Part shown: positions 43,247-58,042 of the stretch, one piece after another | Numbering within the stretch: position 1 is the first letter of the stretch | How the letters are laid out: the number at the start of each line of letters is the position of its first letter | Origin: Eledone cirrhosa | Taxonomy: Eukaryota | Assembly: GCA_964016885.1 (NCBI GenBank) | Contig: OZ024741.1 | Location: 407,464,001-407,528,000 of the forward strand | Direction of reading: 5' to 3' | Length of the DNA: 64,000 bases | The notes under the pieces: generated by a model | Told to the model about the DNA's origin: nothing | The model's database searches: none | The model's input: only the letters and a program-made list of their open reading frames with translations | Program-made: the position numbers and the translations under genes

Positions 43247-43331
43247 ATGTATGTATGTATATGTATGTGTATGTATGTATGTGTGTATGTATGTACTTGT
43301 ATGTGTATGTGTATGTGTATGTGTATGTATG

Positions 43332-43404
<73 letters not shown>

Positions 43405-43497
43405 GTGTATATATATAAGTATGTGTATATGTATGTATGTATATGTGTGTATGTGTCTGTATGTGTTTATGTGTACATATATGTATATATATATATG

Positions 43498-43572
<75 letters not shown>

Positions 43573-43749
43573 GCCTCTCTCTATATATGTATATATATAT
43601 ATATATGCATGTGTGTATGTGTGTGTGTGTATGTAAACACGTGTGTGTGTGTGAGTGTGTGTCTGTATGTGTGCGAGTATGTGTATATATGTATATTTAG
43701 TTATGTATCTTTATGTGTGTATATGTATGTATGTGTATGTATGTATATG

Positions 43750-43796
<47 letters not shown>

Positions 43797-43831
43797 ATAT
43801 ATATATATATATGTGTATATGTATGTATATG

Positions 43832-43955
<124 letters not shown>

Positions 43956-44422
43956 CCCATGTGGGGGTATGAGTACATATTCGTGTGTGTACGTATGTGT
44001 ATATGTGTTTTTATATGTGTCTCTATATGTTTTTGTTTATGTATGTGGATGTATTTTGTACATGGGTGTGTGATTGATGGTGTGTGCCTATATATTCCTA
44101 CATATGCCCGTGTGTGTATGTACGTATATGCGCACATATGTGTGTGTTGAACAAAGGACTCATTTCGGGATGGACGTAGAAAAACTCTTCAGAAAAAAAT
44201 AAAAAAATAATTATTTACAAACTTGGCAGGAGCGATTTGCCTGTGACCATTCTCAACACAAAAGGAATACTGAAAGCTTTTTTCCCCTGAATAAAGTAAT
44301 TTTTCGAGAATGACCGGGGCAGGCCGCACTTGCTACATTTCTCCCCACCCAACCCTACTCACTGTCTCAACTCATTACTGCTAGTAACAATTTTTCAACA
44401 CACCTACACCCATACACTTATT

Positions 44423-44739
44423 AAAGGGGGAGAAAAGAAACCCCCACCACACCACAGACATGTTAAATCCGTATATATAGAACAACACACCACATACACA
44501 TCAGTTTGACAAGCGCACCTCAGCGTGAAAGGTCGTTCTAAAAACGAAACAATACCTGCTACGTTAACCAAGAACTCCTAAGACCTAACCAACAACCAAC
44601 AACTTAATTTATAAAATAATTTTTTTTAAGAAAATTTTTTTTCTAATCCGGAAAAAAATCTTTGGGGGATTTTGTGAAGAAAATAAATTTGTTGAAAGCA
44701 CAGGTGAAGCCATTTTTTCTTCCCCCCTGTCTTAATATA
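44423..44739. repeat. Right arm of the inverted repeat
   Basis: See 29766-30083. Confidence 0.9.
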
Positions 44740-44747
44740 TATATATA

Positions 44748-45495
<748 letters not shown>

Positions 45496-45496
45496 T

Positions 45497-48400
45497 CTAG
45501 TCTTGGTAGACACTCGTTCTAGAAGTGGTAACACGAAATGATTACCCCTTGGCGGATAAGGATAAAACGCGACAAAATAAAGTAAATGTCTAATGATAAA
45601 ATCTCATACCGGATCGGCCGTCACCAGGGTAAAAAAGGGCCGCGTCCCTCAGAGAGGAACCAGACTGGGATCGAAAAATCAGCTAATGGTTCAAACCTTC
45701 CCATCACTTTGGAGCTGGAGACCTCCCATAACCGGAATACTCCTACTGTTGGCCCTCCATGCTCACCACCAAGAAATCCAAAGAAAAAGAGAGAAAAATG
45801 GTCAAGGGAAGATAATAAAGAAGTCCTTGAGGCTTTCTACACTGTCATGTACTACCCATCAAATACATCGAATACAGAACAGACATATATCAACTGGAAA
45901 AAGAAACATCCCGAAAACAGAAGCTATATTGACAGTAACAAACTAGCCAATATACGAAGAAATATTGTAAGAAAAAAGTTACTAACTGATATAGAAATTG
46001 ATCAGATCAAGCTATTAGCACAAAGTCAGCGAAGGGAAAATGAAACATGTGTCAGTGAAAACGAGGTAAATTGTAACACTTCGAATCCCAGGGTTGGGGC
46101 GGAATCACTGGCAACAGAACAAATTAAAGGAAGGATCGAAAAAGTGGAGGGAGTGCATGCTCAAGATGAAACTACAAATGAAAATAATGAGATCGTAAAT
46201 GATAAAGAAATGAATGAGAATGAACTTGCCAACTTGAAGGATGAAATTATGATCGAATGGATGAAAATGAAAGAATCTGACATGGAGCAACGAGACACCC
46301 TCCCTAAGATCCAGAACTCCAAACAGAACCAAAAGATAATACACAAGACTAACATAATTCTCAAAAACATTATCATCACAAACAAACTAAACATTACTGA
46401 TTTAAATCATCTCTATTATGCATCGGCTAAAGTCACCACTCACTTATGTGGAGTGAAGATGAAAAAACAAAGGAATTCCCACAAGAAATCTACTTGGCAA
46501 GAGAACATCAATCGCCAAATAAACTTTCTCCGATCTGACATAGAAATTTTAACAAACTATAAAGTAGGTGAACATGTTAAACAAACTAAACTTAGAAAAT
46601 TGAAAAAAAAGTACAGTATAAAATCAACAAGTGACATAGATATGCTGATAGAAATAATCAAGCAAAAAGTGTCGGCCAAAGCTGCTCGTATAAGGCGCTT
46701 TGAAAAAGGATCTAGATTCTATAAGCACAATAATATGTTCAAAAACAACCAAAGAAACTTCTACAGAAAAATTGGTAAGTCAACAATAACTGCTAAATCA
46801 ATACCACCCAAGGAGGAAGTGCAAGAATTCTGGGAAAAGATCTGGGCCGAAGAAAAAGTTCATAACATACATGCCCCATGGATAGACAGACAAATGAAAG
46901 ATACAGCTCACTTTGAGGAACAAATATGGGAAAATATAACAGTTGAACAGTTGCGCTTGGCTCTAAGAAAAACCAGCAAATGGAAATCCCCAGGAAAAGA
47001 CAAAATACAAAACTTTTGGATAAATGCCGTCACAGAGTCTCATGAGCTGTTAGCCCAACTTTACAATGAAATAGTTAAGGAGCCAGAAAAGATACCATCA
47101 TGGCTAGTTAACGGCATTACATTCCTGCTTCTGAAGAATGATGAGACAAACAATCCCAAAAATTACAGACCGATAACTTGCTTGACCACAATGTATAAAA
47201 TTTTAACATCAGTCCTAACTGAATACACATATGACCACCTGATAACAAATGACCTATTTCCCATTGAGCAGAAAGGGTGTAAACGAGGCTCATATGGCTG
47301 TAAGGATCAGCTTCTGGTTAACAAAATGATACTGGAAGATTGTCATAATAGACACAAAAATCTATCGATTGCTTGGATAGATTATAAAAATGCATTCGAT
47401 AGTTTGCCACACAGTTGGATTGAAAAATGTTTAGAGATTTTCAAAATATCTCCCGTTGTCAGGAGGTTTTTGTCATTCAGTATGAAGACATGGAAAACGA
47501 CACTCCTTTTGAATAGTGAAACAAAATCACTGGAAGCTGGAGAAGTTAATATTAATTGTGGAATTTTTCAGGGTGACTCTTTATCACCGCTTTTATTCTG
47601 CATCTCACTTATACCATTAAGTAAAATGCTCAATGAAACAAAACATGGATATAAAGTCTATGACAAAACCATTAATCACTTGTTCTACATGGATGACCTG
47701 AAACTATTTGCAAAAAATGATGAACAATTGCAAGGGCTATTATCCACTGTGGAGCAGTTCAGTGATGACATTAAAATGGAGTTTGGACTAGATAAATGCG
47801 CCAAAACAACGTTCACCAGAGGAAAGCTGCTGAAGAATTCAGACATTAATCTTGATCGGGGGAACGTGATAAGATAACTTGATCAAGAAAAAACTTACAA
47901 ATATCTAGGTGTTTGTGAAGGAGACGGAATCAAGCACTCGACAATGAAGGAAAGGATAAGGAAGGAATATTACCGCAGAGTAAGAGCAATCTCAAGAACG
48001 GAATTGAATGCAAGGAATAGGATCGATGCCATAAACACGCTTGCCATACCAGTAGTAACCTACAGTTACAATGTCATCAACTGGTCAAGCACAGAGATCC
48101 GTAGGCTCGATACAAAAATTCGAAAATTCTTAACCATGCACAGAATGCATCACCCTAAGGCAGATATAGATAGAATATATCTCCCTAGGAAAGAAGGAGG
48201 ACGTGGGTTAATCCAGTTAAACATTGCGTTGAAGACTTCAACAATTGGATTATCTACATATCTAAGGGAATCACATGATTGGATGATCAAACTCGTTTTG
48301 AAACACGAAAGCATCAAAAGATCATATTCCATTACAAAAGATTCACAAAGATACAGTAATGGACTACAAATTTCAGAAGTCCCATTTACTGCTGAAATGG

Positions 48401-49379
48401 AAAACACAGAAAAAGCAAAGCAGGTAAAAGTAACTGCAAAGAAAGAACTGCTACAGAAACTGGCTAAGAAATGGCAAGAAAAGCCTCTGTATGGAAAATA
48501 CCCAGAGCGAGCTAACAATCCTGATGTTGACAAAACTTTAACCCATCAGTGGTTGGCATCCTCTGGACTGAAATCGGAGACTGAAGGACTGATTATATCA
48601 GCACAAGATCAGTGTATGCCAACAAAAAATTACCAAGCCAACATATTAAAAAATGGATGCAGCCCATTATGCCGTGTATGCAAAAAACAACCAGAGACCA
48701 TTGACCATATAATTTCAATGTGCAGTCCTATAGCTCCAACCGAATACCTAAACAGGCATGACAGGGCTGCACAATACATACATTGAATAATGTGTAAGCA
48801 TTTTGACCTGCCCCATCAAAAGAATTGGTAGGAGCATCAACCACCTCCCGTACTTGAAAAGGATCACATCTCAATCTTGTGGAACTTTAGCATCCAAACA
48901 GACCGAAAAATAGATGCAAATACACCTGATATAATATTGAAGGACTTTAAAAAGAGGGTATGCCTGCTAATTGATATGTCTGTTCCAATAGACAAGAATG
49001 TATCTATAAAAACATTTGAAAAATTGAGCAAGTATAAGGACCTGGAGATAGAGATTGGAAAAATGTGGAAATTGAGAACTAAAACAATACCAGTGGTTGT
49101 AGGCGCTCTGGGAATGATACCTAAGGGGTCTAATGATTACTTATCGCAAATCCCAGGAAACCCGCGTATAGGAGAAATACAAAAGATAGTACTAATGGAA
49201 ACTGCCCATATACTAAGGAAGATTCTGTCAATATAAGTACATCACAAGTCTAAACACTAAAGATGCATGTGTGAGTATGTATGTTCTTTCTTGAACATGG
49301 CGGACCTTGTTGTCTCTTGAGGTCACTGGTTGTGACTTGGTGATAACTCGTATGAACATAAAGCAAGATAAATGCAACT

Positions 49380-49380
<1 letters not shown>
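45497..49380 (+). mobile_element. Near full-length R4/Dong-clade non-LTR retrotransposon in (TAA)n
   Basis: Flanked by (TAA)n on both sides; single long ORF. Confidence 0.92.
45586..49236 (+). pseudogene. RT + CCHC + restriction-like endonuclease ORF with three in-frame stops
   Basis: YRPITCL, EQKGC, WIDYKNAFDS, GIFQGDSLSP, YMDDLK, CRVC...ETIDHI...C, RHD, PDII..LIDMSVP..K.SKY. Stops at 47875, 48784 and 48829, all in one frame. Confidence 0.93.
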
Positions 49381-49424
<44 letters not shown>

Positions 49425-50812
49425 GTGATGAAGAGGGGTAAATTGAGCAGAAGCAACGGAATCCAGGTACCAACAGGTGAGATGATAACGGAAATTGACA
49501 CTGAAGAAGGATACAAATATTTTGTTCCCGATGACATCGAGAACAAAAAGAAATGAAGGATTTATTAAGATCTGAATACATTCGGAGAGTAAGGAGCGTA
49601 TTAAAATCACATCTGAACAGTAGGAATGTCATAAGTGCAGTAAATTCCCAAGCTGTGTCTATTATTAGGTACAGTGCGGGAATTCTGAAATGTAATGTTG
49701 CTGAACATAAAGAAATGGATAGGAAGACTAGGAAGCTATTGACTATCTACAACATGTTTCACAAGTGGAGTGATGTCGATAGACTCTACTTAAGGAGATC
49801 TGAAGGTGGAAGAGGTCTTATCAGCATAGAGGACTGTGTTCAGATAGAGAAAAACAACCTACACAAATACGTGACTGACAGTAGGAGCCAATGCTCAGAA
49901 TTGTACTGAAGGAGGAGACAATAGACCAGGGGATTTCCAAGGAGCAAATAACAACAAAGAGGAAGAGCAACCTTCATGAAAAATCCCTTCATAGTACCTT
50001 CTTTGAGAAAACTGAATTTAGAGATCCACAGACATGGAATTGGTTAAAAAGAGGAGACATTAAAAAGGCTACAGAAGGAATGCTAATGGCTGCGCAAGAG
50101 CAGGCCCTCAGAACGAAGTGGGTGAAACACCATATTTACAAGGAGGAGGCTAGCCCACTGTGTAGGATCTGTGGAGAGAGAGAGAGGAGACTGTGGCTCA
50201 CATTGTATCCGAGTGTAAACACCTAGCCCAGACTCACTATAAAGGCTGGAGACATGATATGATAGGCAGGGTGATCCACTGGCACCTATGCAAAGTAAAC
50301 AATTTACCACATTCTGAAAAGTGGTATGAGCATAAGCCAGAGTCAGTGATAGAAAACGATCAGGTGAAGGTGCTATGGCATTTTAGGATACAGACGGATA
50401 AGAAACTGAAACACAATAGGCCTGATCTGGTGGTTTTGGATAAGGAAAAAAGATCGTGCCTGATTGTAGATGTAGCCTGCCCATTTGACACGAGAGTGCA
50501 AGAAAAGGAGAGGGAGAAAATTAACCGATACCAGGACTTAAAGTGGGAGGTAAAAAGGATTTGGAACTGCCATGAAGTCAGAGTCGTCCCGATTGTCATA
50601 GGCGCACTAGGTACTATCTCAAAGAGTTTCCAAGGATGGTTAAAGAAAATTACTCCAGCCCCGCTTTTTGGAACACTTCAAAAGGCATGCTTGCTGGGAA
50701 CAACAAGAACCCTCCGATACGTCCTGAATATCTGAGGCTGCAGATACCGGCTTGATATTCATTTTAACAAACTTTCCAGTTAAATAACATCAATGGCTGA
50801 GACTCAAAGAAC
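49425..50812 (+). mobile_element. 5'-truncated, frameshifted second R4/Dong-type element
   Basis: RLYLRRSEGGRGL, CRICGER.ET.AHIVSEC, RHD, RPDLV..IVDVACP..K..RYQDL; (TAA)n tail. Confidence 0.9.
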
Positions 50813-50844
<32 letters not shown>

Positions 50845-51064
50845 GGACGAGGTGTTATATCTTCATTACATTTCTTTAGGTATGACGCACGTTTCGTGAT
50901 TGATCAGCTCATGGTACGATCTGTATCGATCGTGCCCGACTCTGGAATAAAAAACTTGTCGGACTTCTGTTATGGGGATGAAAAGCTGTCATCATTATTA
51001 TTATTATATATATATATATATATTGAAAAGAGAAATAGAAGCCTCATCGTAATATTTCTTTACT

Positions 51065-51452
51065 ATAATTGTTTCTACTTTTGGCACAAGGCCAGCAATT
51101 ACCAAGTGTATTACTGGTACTTTATTTTATCGACCCATAAGGATGAAAGGCAAAGTTAACCTCGGCGGGATTCGAACTCAGAATGGCAAGGGCCGTAAAT
51201 CTATGCGTCGAAGCATGGCATCCGACCCTCTACTATATTTCTTTACTATAATATAGTCTGATAAGTGTTTCTACTTTAGGCACAAGGCCAGCAAATTACC
51301 CAGTGCATTACTGGTACTTTATTTTATCGACCCCGTAAGGATGAAAGGCAAAGTCAACCTCAGCGGGATTTGAACTCAGATAGTAAAGGGACGTAACTAT
51401 GCTGGAAAGCATGGCGTCCGACCCTCTACCGATACTGCCAATCCACCGCCTA
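51065..51452 (-). mobile_element. Two tandem tRNA-derived SINEs
   Basis: Reverse complements of the 11985 family at ~51065-51235 and ~51265-51452. Confidence 0.85.
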
Positions 51453-51599
51453 TAGTCTAATAATGGGGCGTAAAAACACACTGAATGGAGAAGGATTGGT
51501 ATCATCACACATCATAGCTTCTAATTCTATTTTACAATTCTAAACTCTGCTTACCGCATTCCATACTCATATATATATATATATATATATATGTATATG

Positions 51600-51676
<77 letters not shown>

Positions 51677-51904
51677 GGGAAAGTATCAACACATATATTT
51701 TTATTGTTTGACCCGAATTACTTGGTCGTTTTGTTTTGGTTGTGCGGACGATATGTTTAACCATCATCTCAGTGTGTTTGGCCCTTAACGTATGTTGTAG
51801 CTCTGATTCATATGATTCATCGAGCGCTTGCCACACATATCGACATATCGGACGTTGATTTTCGTTAATTCCTGAGCTGAAAACGATTCTCGTTAATTTA
51901 TATT

Positions 51905-51944
<40 letters not shown>

Positions 51945-51987
51945 CGGTAGGCCGTTTGAGCACTCGATGCTCTCCTAGAGCAGAGTA

Positions 51988-52112
51988 TGATAACATAAAA
52001 AAAAGAGAATCAGTGTTGCGACGCATGGAATTTATTGGACATATTACAATTGTAATATGTCCAATAAATTCCATTCGTCGCAACACTGATTCTCTTTTTT
52101 TTTTTGTGATAT
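51988..52112. repeat. Palindrome centred on TTACAATTGTAA
   Basis: aaagagaatcagtgttgcgacg...attacaattgtaat...cgtcgcaacactgattctcttt. Confidence 0.9.
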
Positions 52113-52259
52113 ATATATATATTAGAAAGTGAGGTTTGTTTACAAAAATTAAAAATAACGGAGGTGTCCTACACGAGTGAAAGTATAAAGAAAAAAAAGA
52201 TGAAATCGAAAATGCAACTGGAGTCTTATTTAAAAAAATATATATATATTTATTTGGTT

Positions 52260-52298
52260 CCTTTACCAGTTTCGCAGTTCTTCTGCTTTTCAAAAGTA
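52260..52298 (-). ncRNA. HHR variant with U3-A8 core (family copies ~18873-18910, ~52945-52985, ~56724-56762)
   Basis: CUU-UUGAAAA-GCAG(aagaa)CUGC-GAAAC-UG-GUA^AAG. Confidence 0.6.
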
Positions 52299-52328
52299 GA
52301 GTTGAGATGTAGGGTCTGTGGTTTTTCT

Positions 52329-52412
<84 letters not shown>

Positions 52413-52418
<6 letters not shown>

Positions 52419-52778
52419 ATTAAATAAATGGAAACTATATTTATAAAACCATATTTATTTCATTATATATATTTCGGGGATATCATATTAACAATATGCT
52501 ATGCCTTCCTCAGACAAAATACAATATAAACAGTTTTATAGATAAATAGATTCGACATACCGTAACAACACCGACTTGCATTTGAAGAGGTTGAACTCAA
52601 CCTCTTCAAATGCAAGTCGGTGTTGTTACGGTATGTCGAATCTATTTATCTATAAAACTGTTTATATTGTATTTTGTCTGAGGAAGGCATAGCATATTGT
52701 TAATATGATATCCCCGAAATATATATAATGAAATAAATATGGTTTTATAAATATAGTTTCCATTTATTTAATATTGTA
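52413..52778. repeat. Perfect ~365-bp palindrome with two HHRs (52671-52734 +, ~52457-52520 -)
   Basis: AUUUUGU-CUGAGGA-agg..CAUAUU(guu)AAUAUG..ccc-GAAAU-AUAU-AUA^AUGAAAU. Confidence 0.88.
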
Positions 52779-53837
52779 AATATACTCCAAATATTTGTCG
52801 AGTGCTTTTATATCAGTTATAAATATTTACTAGTTGTAACCCAACAATTTTAAATATAACTTTCCATATATATATATATATATATATATATAAAGAAAAA
52901 AGATGAAATCGAAAATGTGTCTTTTTAAGAATATTTATTTGTTTCCCTTACCGGTTTCAGAGTTCTTATGCTCTTCAAAAGTAGAATTGACATGGAGGGT
53001 TTGTGGTTTTTCTCCCATCTGGTTGGTGTTCGAATGTTACTTCTGTTTTATGTCGCAAAAACTGGTTCGAAATGCTAAGTTTTTAGAAAAGTAATTTGGT
53101 TGGTTGATCACTGTCACGTGAATAAGTATAATAAATTGCGGGCCAGTTCGCGTTACAAAGTTCTTATTGTATTTGCCTTTTAAGGATTAGGGGCTCAAAT
53201 TGTTTTTTCATATATAAGTGAAATTTTCTTGGTTGATGCAGTCACGTGAATAAGCACGTACTTATTCATGTGACTGCATCAAAAGGTGATTGGTATCAAA
53301 ACACTCCAGGCCTAGTTATGTTTAAACAAAAATAATACGTTTACCTAAGATTTAACATAATCTCCTTCTAAATCGTCACCAGCAACACACCAGTCTCAAC
53401 CTTCCTGCCTCTTTTGTAATCTGGCCTGGAAGTCGTTTTCCGCAAGCGAGCCGAGGACATTCTCCTATTCGCTCTGGATCTCAACAACTGTGTTAAAAAG
53501 GCGACTTCTAAGCTGCATTTTCAGCTTGGGGGAGAGATGGAAGTCCGCATGTGCTAAATCTGTCAAATACAGTGGGTGCAAGGTTGTTTTTAGCGAGAAA
53601 CTCACGAGTGAGGAGATCTCGGTGATAAGATGCATGTTCAATTCAGACGTTAGGATTGCCTATGTGTTACCATCTGTTAGCGCTACAGAACGTGTCCGAA
53701 TACCTTTTGATACCACCTCCTATGAAGCACTAGCGTCCGAAACGTTAAGACCCTCTTCCTGCTATATCAAGCGTTAACCTAATATATCCCTTCCATATAC
53801 TGTACCGATTGTGTTGTTATTTCTATTTACCTTTTAC

Positions 53838-53920
<83 letters not shown>

Positions 53921-54659
53921 TGTGTGTGTGTCTGTATATATATATATGTGTGTGGGTGTGTGGCTGTGTGGCTGTGTGTGTGTGTGTCTGTACATATATA
54001 TGTGTGTGTGTATGTATGTATCTGTGTGGTGTATGTGTAAATGTATATGTTTGATAGTGAAAAAGTGACCGCGTGTGCGACTGTGTGTATGTGTATGTGT
54101 GTGTGTATTTATCAATACAATTCATTTATATGTCCACCATTTCACAGTGAAATACTGTCAATTTCGTTTGCCGTCAGTTGTAATCATTTATCATGCTATG
54201 CTTCAATTTCAGACACGTAAAGACATTATACATTATAGCAAAACTATATTTCTCATTGTTTTACTTGTAAAATACGTTTATTTCGTGTAACAAAATAGTA
54301 AACACTAAAAGTTAAATATTCAATATTTCTGCTACAAAAGAAACACAACATTATTTCTATTATCTAAAATAAACAGAGTCTAGACGGGAAATGTAAATTT
54401 TTATTATAACCTGGCGAATTTTTGCTCGCTTTTCTCATTTGAAATAAGTGAGATATTTCGAAGCTTTTGTTAGAAATATGCTATTTAACTAAAGGGAATG
54501 TAGAAGGAATGAACTTCCTAGTTTGACTGACACAAAAACAATGAAATATCGAAAGGGCTGCAAAATTTCTTGTTATATCATACACGAGTTTCTCTTTATT
54601 TAAATACAACTACAAATTGCATATGATAGATTGCAGGTTCATTTAGTATATATATATAT

Positions 54660-55398
54660 ATTTCGTTTCTGAATTTATTTAGCAAGATTCTTCATCTGAA
54701 AACGTGTGTTGAAACCGATATTGTTATACTTTGGGAGGGTCATGTTGCAAATAAGAAATACACGCACCAGTGCTTTCACTCCAATCTATTATAAATTTAA
54801 AAAAAAATTTTTTTATTAAAAAAAAAAAAGAAATTTATAAATTTCCGGTTGGTCGGATGGTTGGTTCCACAACCGGATGGTTGGTTCCACAACCGGACGG
54901 TTGTTCATATATTGTCAAAGTTCTTTCGTCACACATTCTGTGACCTCTTCAGTGACTGGGGATTCTTTTCTTTGTTTTGTGCCTCTCCTTTGTTCTGTCC
55001 TACGCCATCTTGATTTGTGTGTGTTGTGTGCTTAGTTTGCGCATGTGTTACATCCGGGTGTCTGTGTGTGTTTTTATTTGTTTATTTATTTGTTTATTTA
55101 CATGCTATTGGTTGGTTGTTTGCTCTATGTGTGTGTGTTTTCATTTTGTCCTTAATTGTAAGTTGTTTTCTATTTAATTTGGTTGGAGTTAATTTATATT
55201 TATTGCCTCTGTGATTTATCTAAACATTGCGTCTTTTCTGTGTGTAGATTTTATTTTTATTTCTATGTTCTCTAATTTGCCCTTATGTTCTATTTTAGCA
55301 TATTGGTGGAGTATTGATGATTCTTTTCTATCTTGAAGCTCCCGCCAGTGTTCATTTAACCGTTCTTCTATAATACGAGCTGTCTCACCTATGTACAC
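54660..55398 (-). mobile_element. PLE 3' fragment with GIY-YIG remnant
   Basis: YIGETARIIEERLNEH...SSILHQYAKIEH. Confidence 0.8.
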
Positions 55399-55409
55399 TA
55401 TATTCTTAA

Positions 55410-55447
<38 letters not shown>

Positions 55448-55454
55448 TATTAAG

Positions 55455-56156
55455 GATACTATTTATGGTTATGTATATACTAAAACTTTTTATAGTTATA
55501 TATATTTTAAACCCTAAACAGTGAAAGGCAGTCATTTATTACTACCTTATTACCAGTAAGATAAATAGCTGAATGTAATAACATCAGTTGTTCTACAGAG
55601 CAGTTATATAGAAATCACATGAATCAAAGTTCTGTTCAAACCATTTATTAGCTTACAATTGTTTCGTCCAAACCGAGGTTTGGAGTCTTCGGAGCAATTT
55701 TTCAATGATTGTTTACATATATGACCTCCTTTCCAAAACAAGAGACATACAGAAACATATGTATATATCGATGCACAGTGGGGTGACATCCATTATAATA
55801 TTTTTGCATGGCAATTTAAATTCAAAAATTAAAACCATATTAAAAGAAAATTAAAACAAAATTAAAGTTGCATTATCTTCGTAAACTGCCGATGTTGTAT
55901 TTTAACTTTAATTTTGTTTTAATTTTCTTTTAATATGATTTTAATTTTTGAATTTAAATTGCCATGCAAAAATATTATAATGGATGTCACCCCACTGTGC
56001 ATCGATATATACATATGTTTCTGTATGTCTCTTGTGTTGGAAAGGAGGTCATGTATGTAAACAATCATTGAAAAATAGCTGCGAAGACTCCAAACCTCGG
56101 TTTGGACGAAACAATTGTAAGCTAATAAATGGTTTGAACAGAATTTAATTCATGTG

Positions 56157-56162
<6 letters not shown>
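55455..56162. repeat. Fold-back pLTR (palindrome ~55610-56162) related to the Neptune pLTR; HHRs at 55651-55695 (-) and 56077-56123 (+)
   Basis: GCU-CCGAAGA-cUCCAAACC(uc)GGUUUGGAc-GAAAC-AAUU-GUA^AGC; tail matches 6250-6340. Confidence 0.85.
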
Positions 56163-56204
<42 letters not shown>

Positions 56205-56432
56205 ATACTTTGGGAGGGTCATGTTGCCAATAAGAAACGCACGCACCAGTTGCTTTCACTTCAATTTATTATATATTTATAAATTTATAAATTTATAAAT
56301 ATATAATAAATTGAAGTGAAAGCAACTGGTGCGTGTGTTTCTTATTGGCAACATGACCCTCCCAAAGTATAACAATATCGGTTTCAACACACGATTTCAG
56401 ATAAAGAATCTTGCTAAACAAATTCAAAAACG

Positions 56433-56591
<159 letters not shown>

Positions 56592-56907
56592 AAAGTGAGG
56601 TTTTTTTACAAAATGGAAAATAACCGAGGTATTCTACACGAGTGAAAGTATAAAGAAAAAAAGATGAAATCGAAAATGCAACTGGAGTCTTATTTAAAAA
56701 TATATATATATATTTATTTGGTTCCTTTACTGGTTTCGCAGTACATCTGCTTTTCAAAAGAAGGTGGTATTTCTCACAGATGTGAGAAATACCACAGGCC
56801 CCCATCTCAACTCCACTTTTTAAAAGCAGAACTGCGAAACCGGTAAAGGAACCAAATAATTATATATATATTTTTTTAAATATGACTCCAGTTGAATTTT
56901 AGATTTC

Positions 56908-56985
<78 letters not shown>

Positions 56986-57493
56986 ATTCAACAGGAAATT
57001 ATATTACGTAATAATTCATAAAGAATCAAGTGTAATATATTCATTTAACTTGGTGGGTATGAATACTTATCCTATATACAGATTCAAACGGCGTTGAGCT
57101 GGCCAGCCGCAGGTGTGGGCCTCGCTGATGGTATGGCTCTTCCAGCACATCTCCCTTACCATCCCCGGGGGAAACGCCTTCTTTACTCAGTCCGCCAGGG
57201 CTGTGGGGCGGCCGGAACGTGGGACCCCATTTGTTCACAATACAGAGATGGGCAGGGTGAGCGAGATGGAGGCGATGACAGTGGGTATTCTACTCTTGCG
57301 TTTTCGGACACATTGCACCTCGCATTTGGATCATGAGATAATTTCATTTTACTTACCTTATTAATGACATTGCCCACCTTTCAGATTGCAGCTTCTAACA
57401 GCAGGAAACTGAAAAATCCCTTCGTCCAGATCCAAACTAGATTTTATATTCGATTTATTTCCAGTCACCTTACTATACATCTTTATTCAAAAT

Positions 57494-57617
57494 CAGCCAT
57501 GGGCAAACTGCGGCCTGATTTTTTAAAATTGTCTTCAATCTTTTTAGTAGTGCGTCCCGCTTTATGATGAGCTACACTCTCTGCGGCCCACTGCTCGAGA
57601 AAGATCGCTTATGCTAG
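57494..57617. mobile_element. Decayed hAT/Charlie-like MITE
   Basis: cagccatgggcaaactgcggcc ... gcggcccactg...aaagatcgcttatgctag. Confidence 0.55.
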
Positions 57618-57644
57618 TTCTAATATCTGCCTCAAACCCGTTGA

Positions 57645-57812
57645 CTCACCAGGCTGGTATTTATCCTGGTTTCCGTGGCGTGAAGCGACAAGTATAAAAC
57701 TTCCCCCCTGACAGAACGCCAGTCCATTACTATATTAAACGTCCAACTACTGCTGGTACTCATTTTCAGATGAGCATACCGTAGTAGCGTGAAATGAAGT
57801 GTTTTGCTCAAG
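57645..57812 (-). mobile_element. CORE-like SINE fragment
   Basis: gctggtactcattttcagatgag...gcgtgaaatgaagtgttttgctcaag. Confidence 0.65.
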
Positions 57813-58042
57813 TAAATGTTTAGAGTATTCCCACCTTATCAACGATAAAACCAAACACCAAAATTGATCATAAATTTAATTTAGTTTGATATCATATCAA
57901 ACATATTGAGTAGAATAAAATCGTTTGTTGTGATCTACACTTATTCTAATGGTCAGAGTCACAGGGAGATGCATGTAGCTCTTAAAACAAACACAAGTGC
58001 GCGCGCGCACACACACACACATGCAAATATATATATATATAT

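Noticed and set aside
45497-45660. HDV-like ribozyme in the R4/Dong 5' region
   Set aside because: Plausible for the clade, but I could not build the nested double pseudoknot by eye.
53490-53777. 95-aa non-repetitive ORF
   Set aside because: No ATG start, no recognisable domain and no splice context.
54690-54725. CTGAAAA..GAAACCGATA as an HHR (also ~16490 and ~56380)
   Set aside because: C3/A8 mismatch, no good stem I, and antisense to the linked GIY-YIG.
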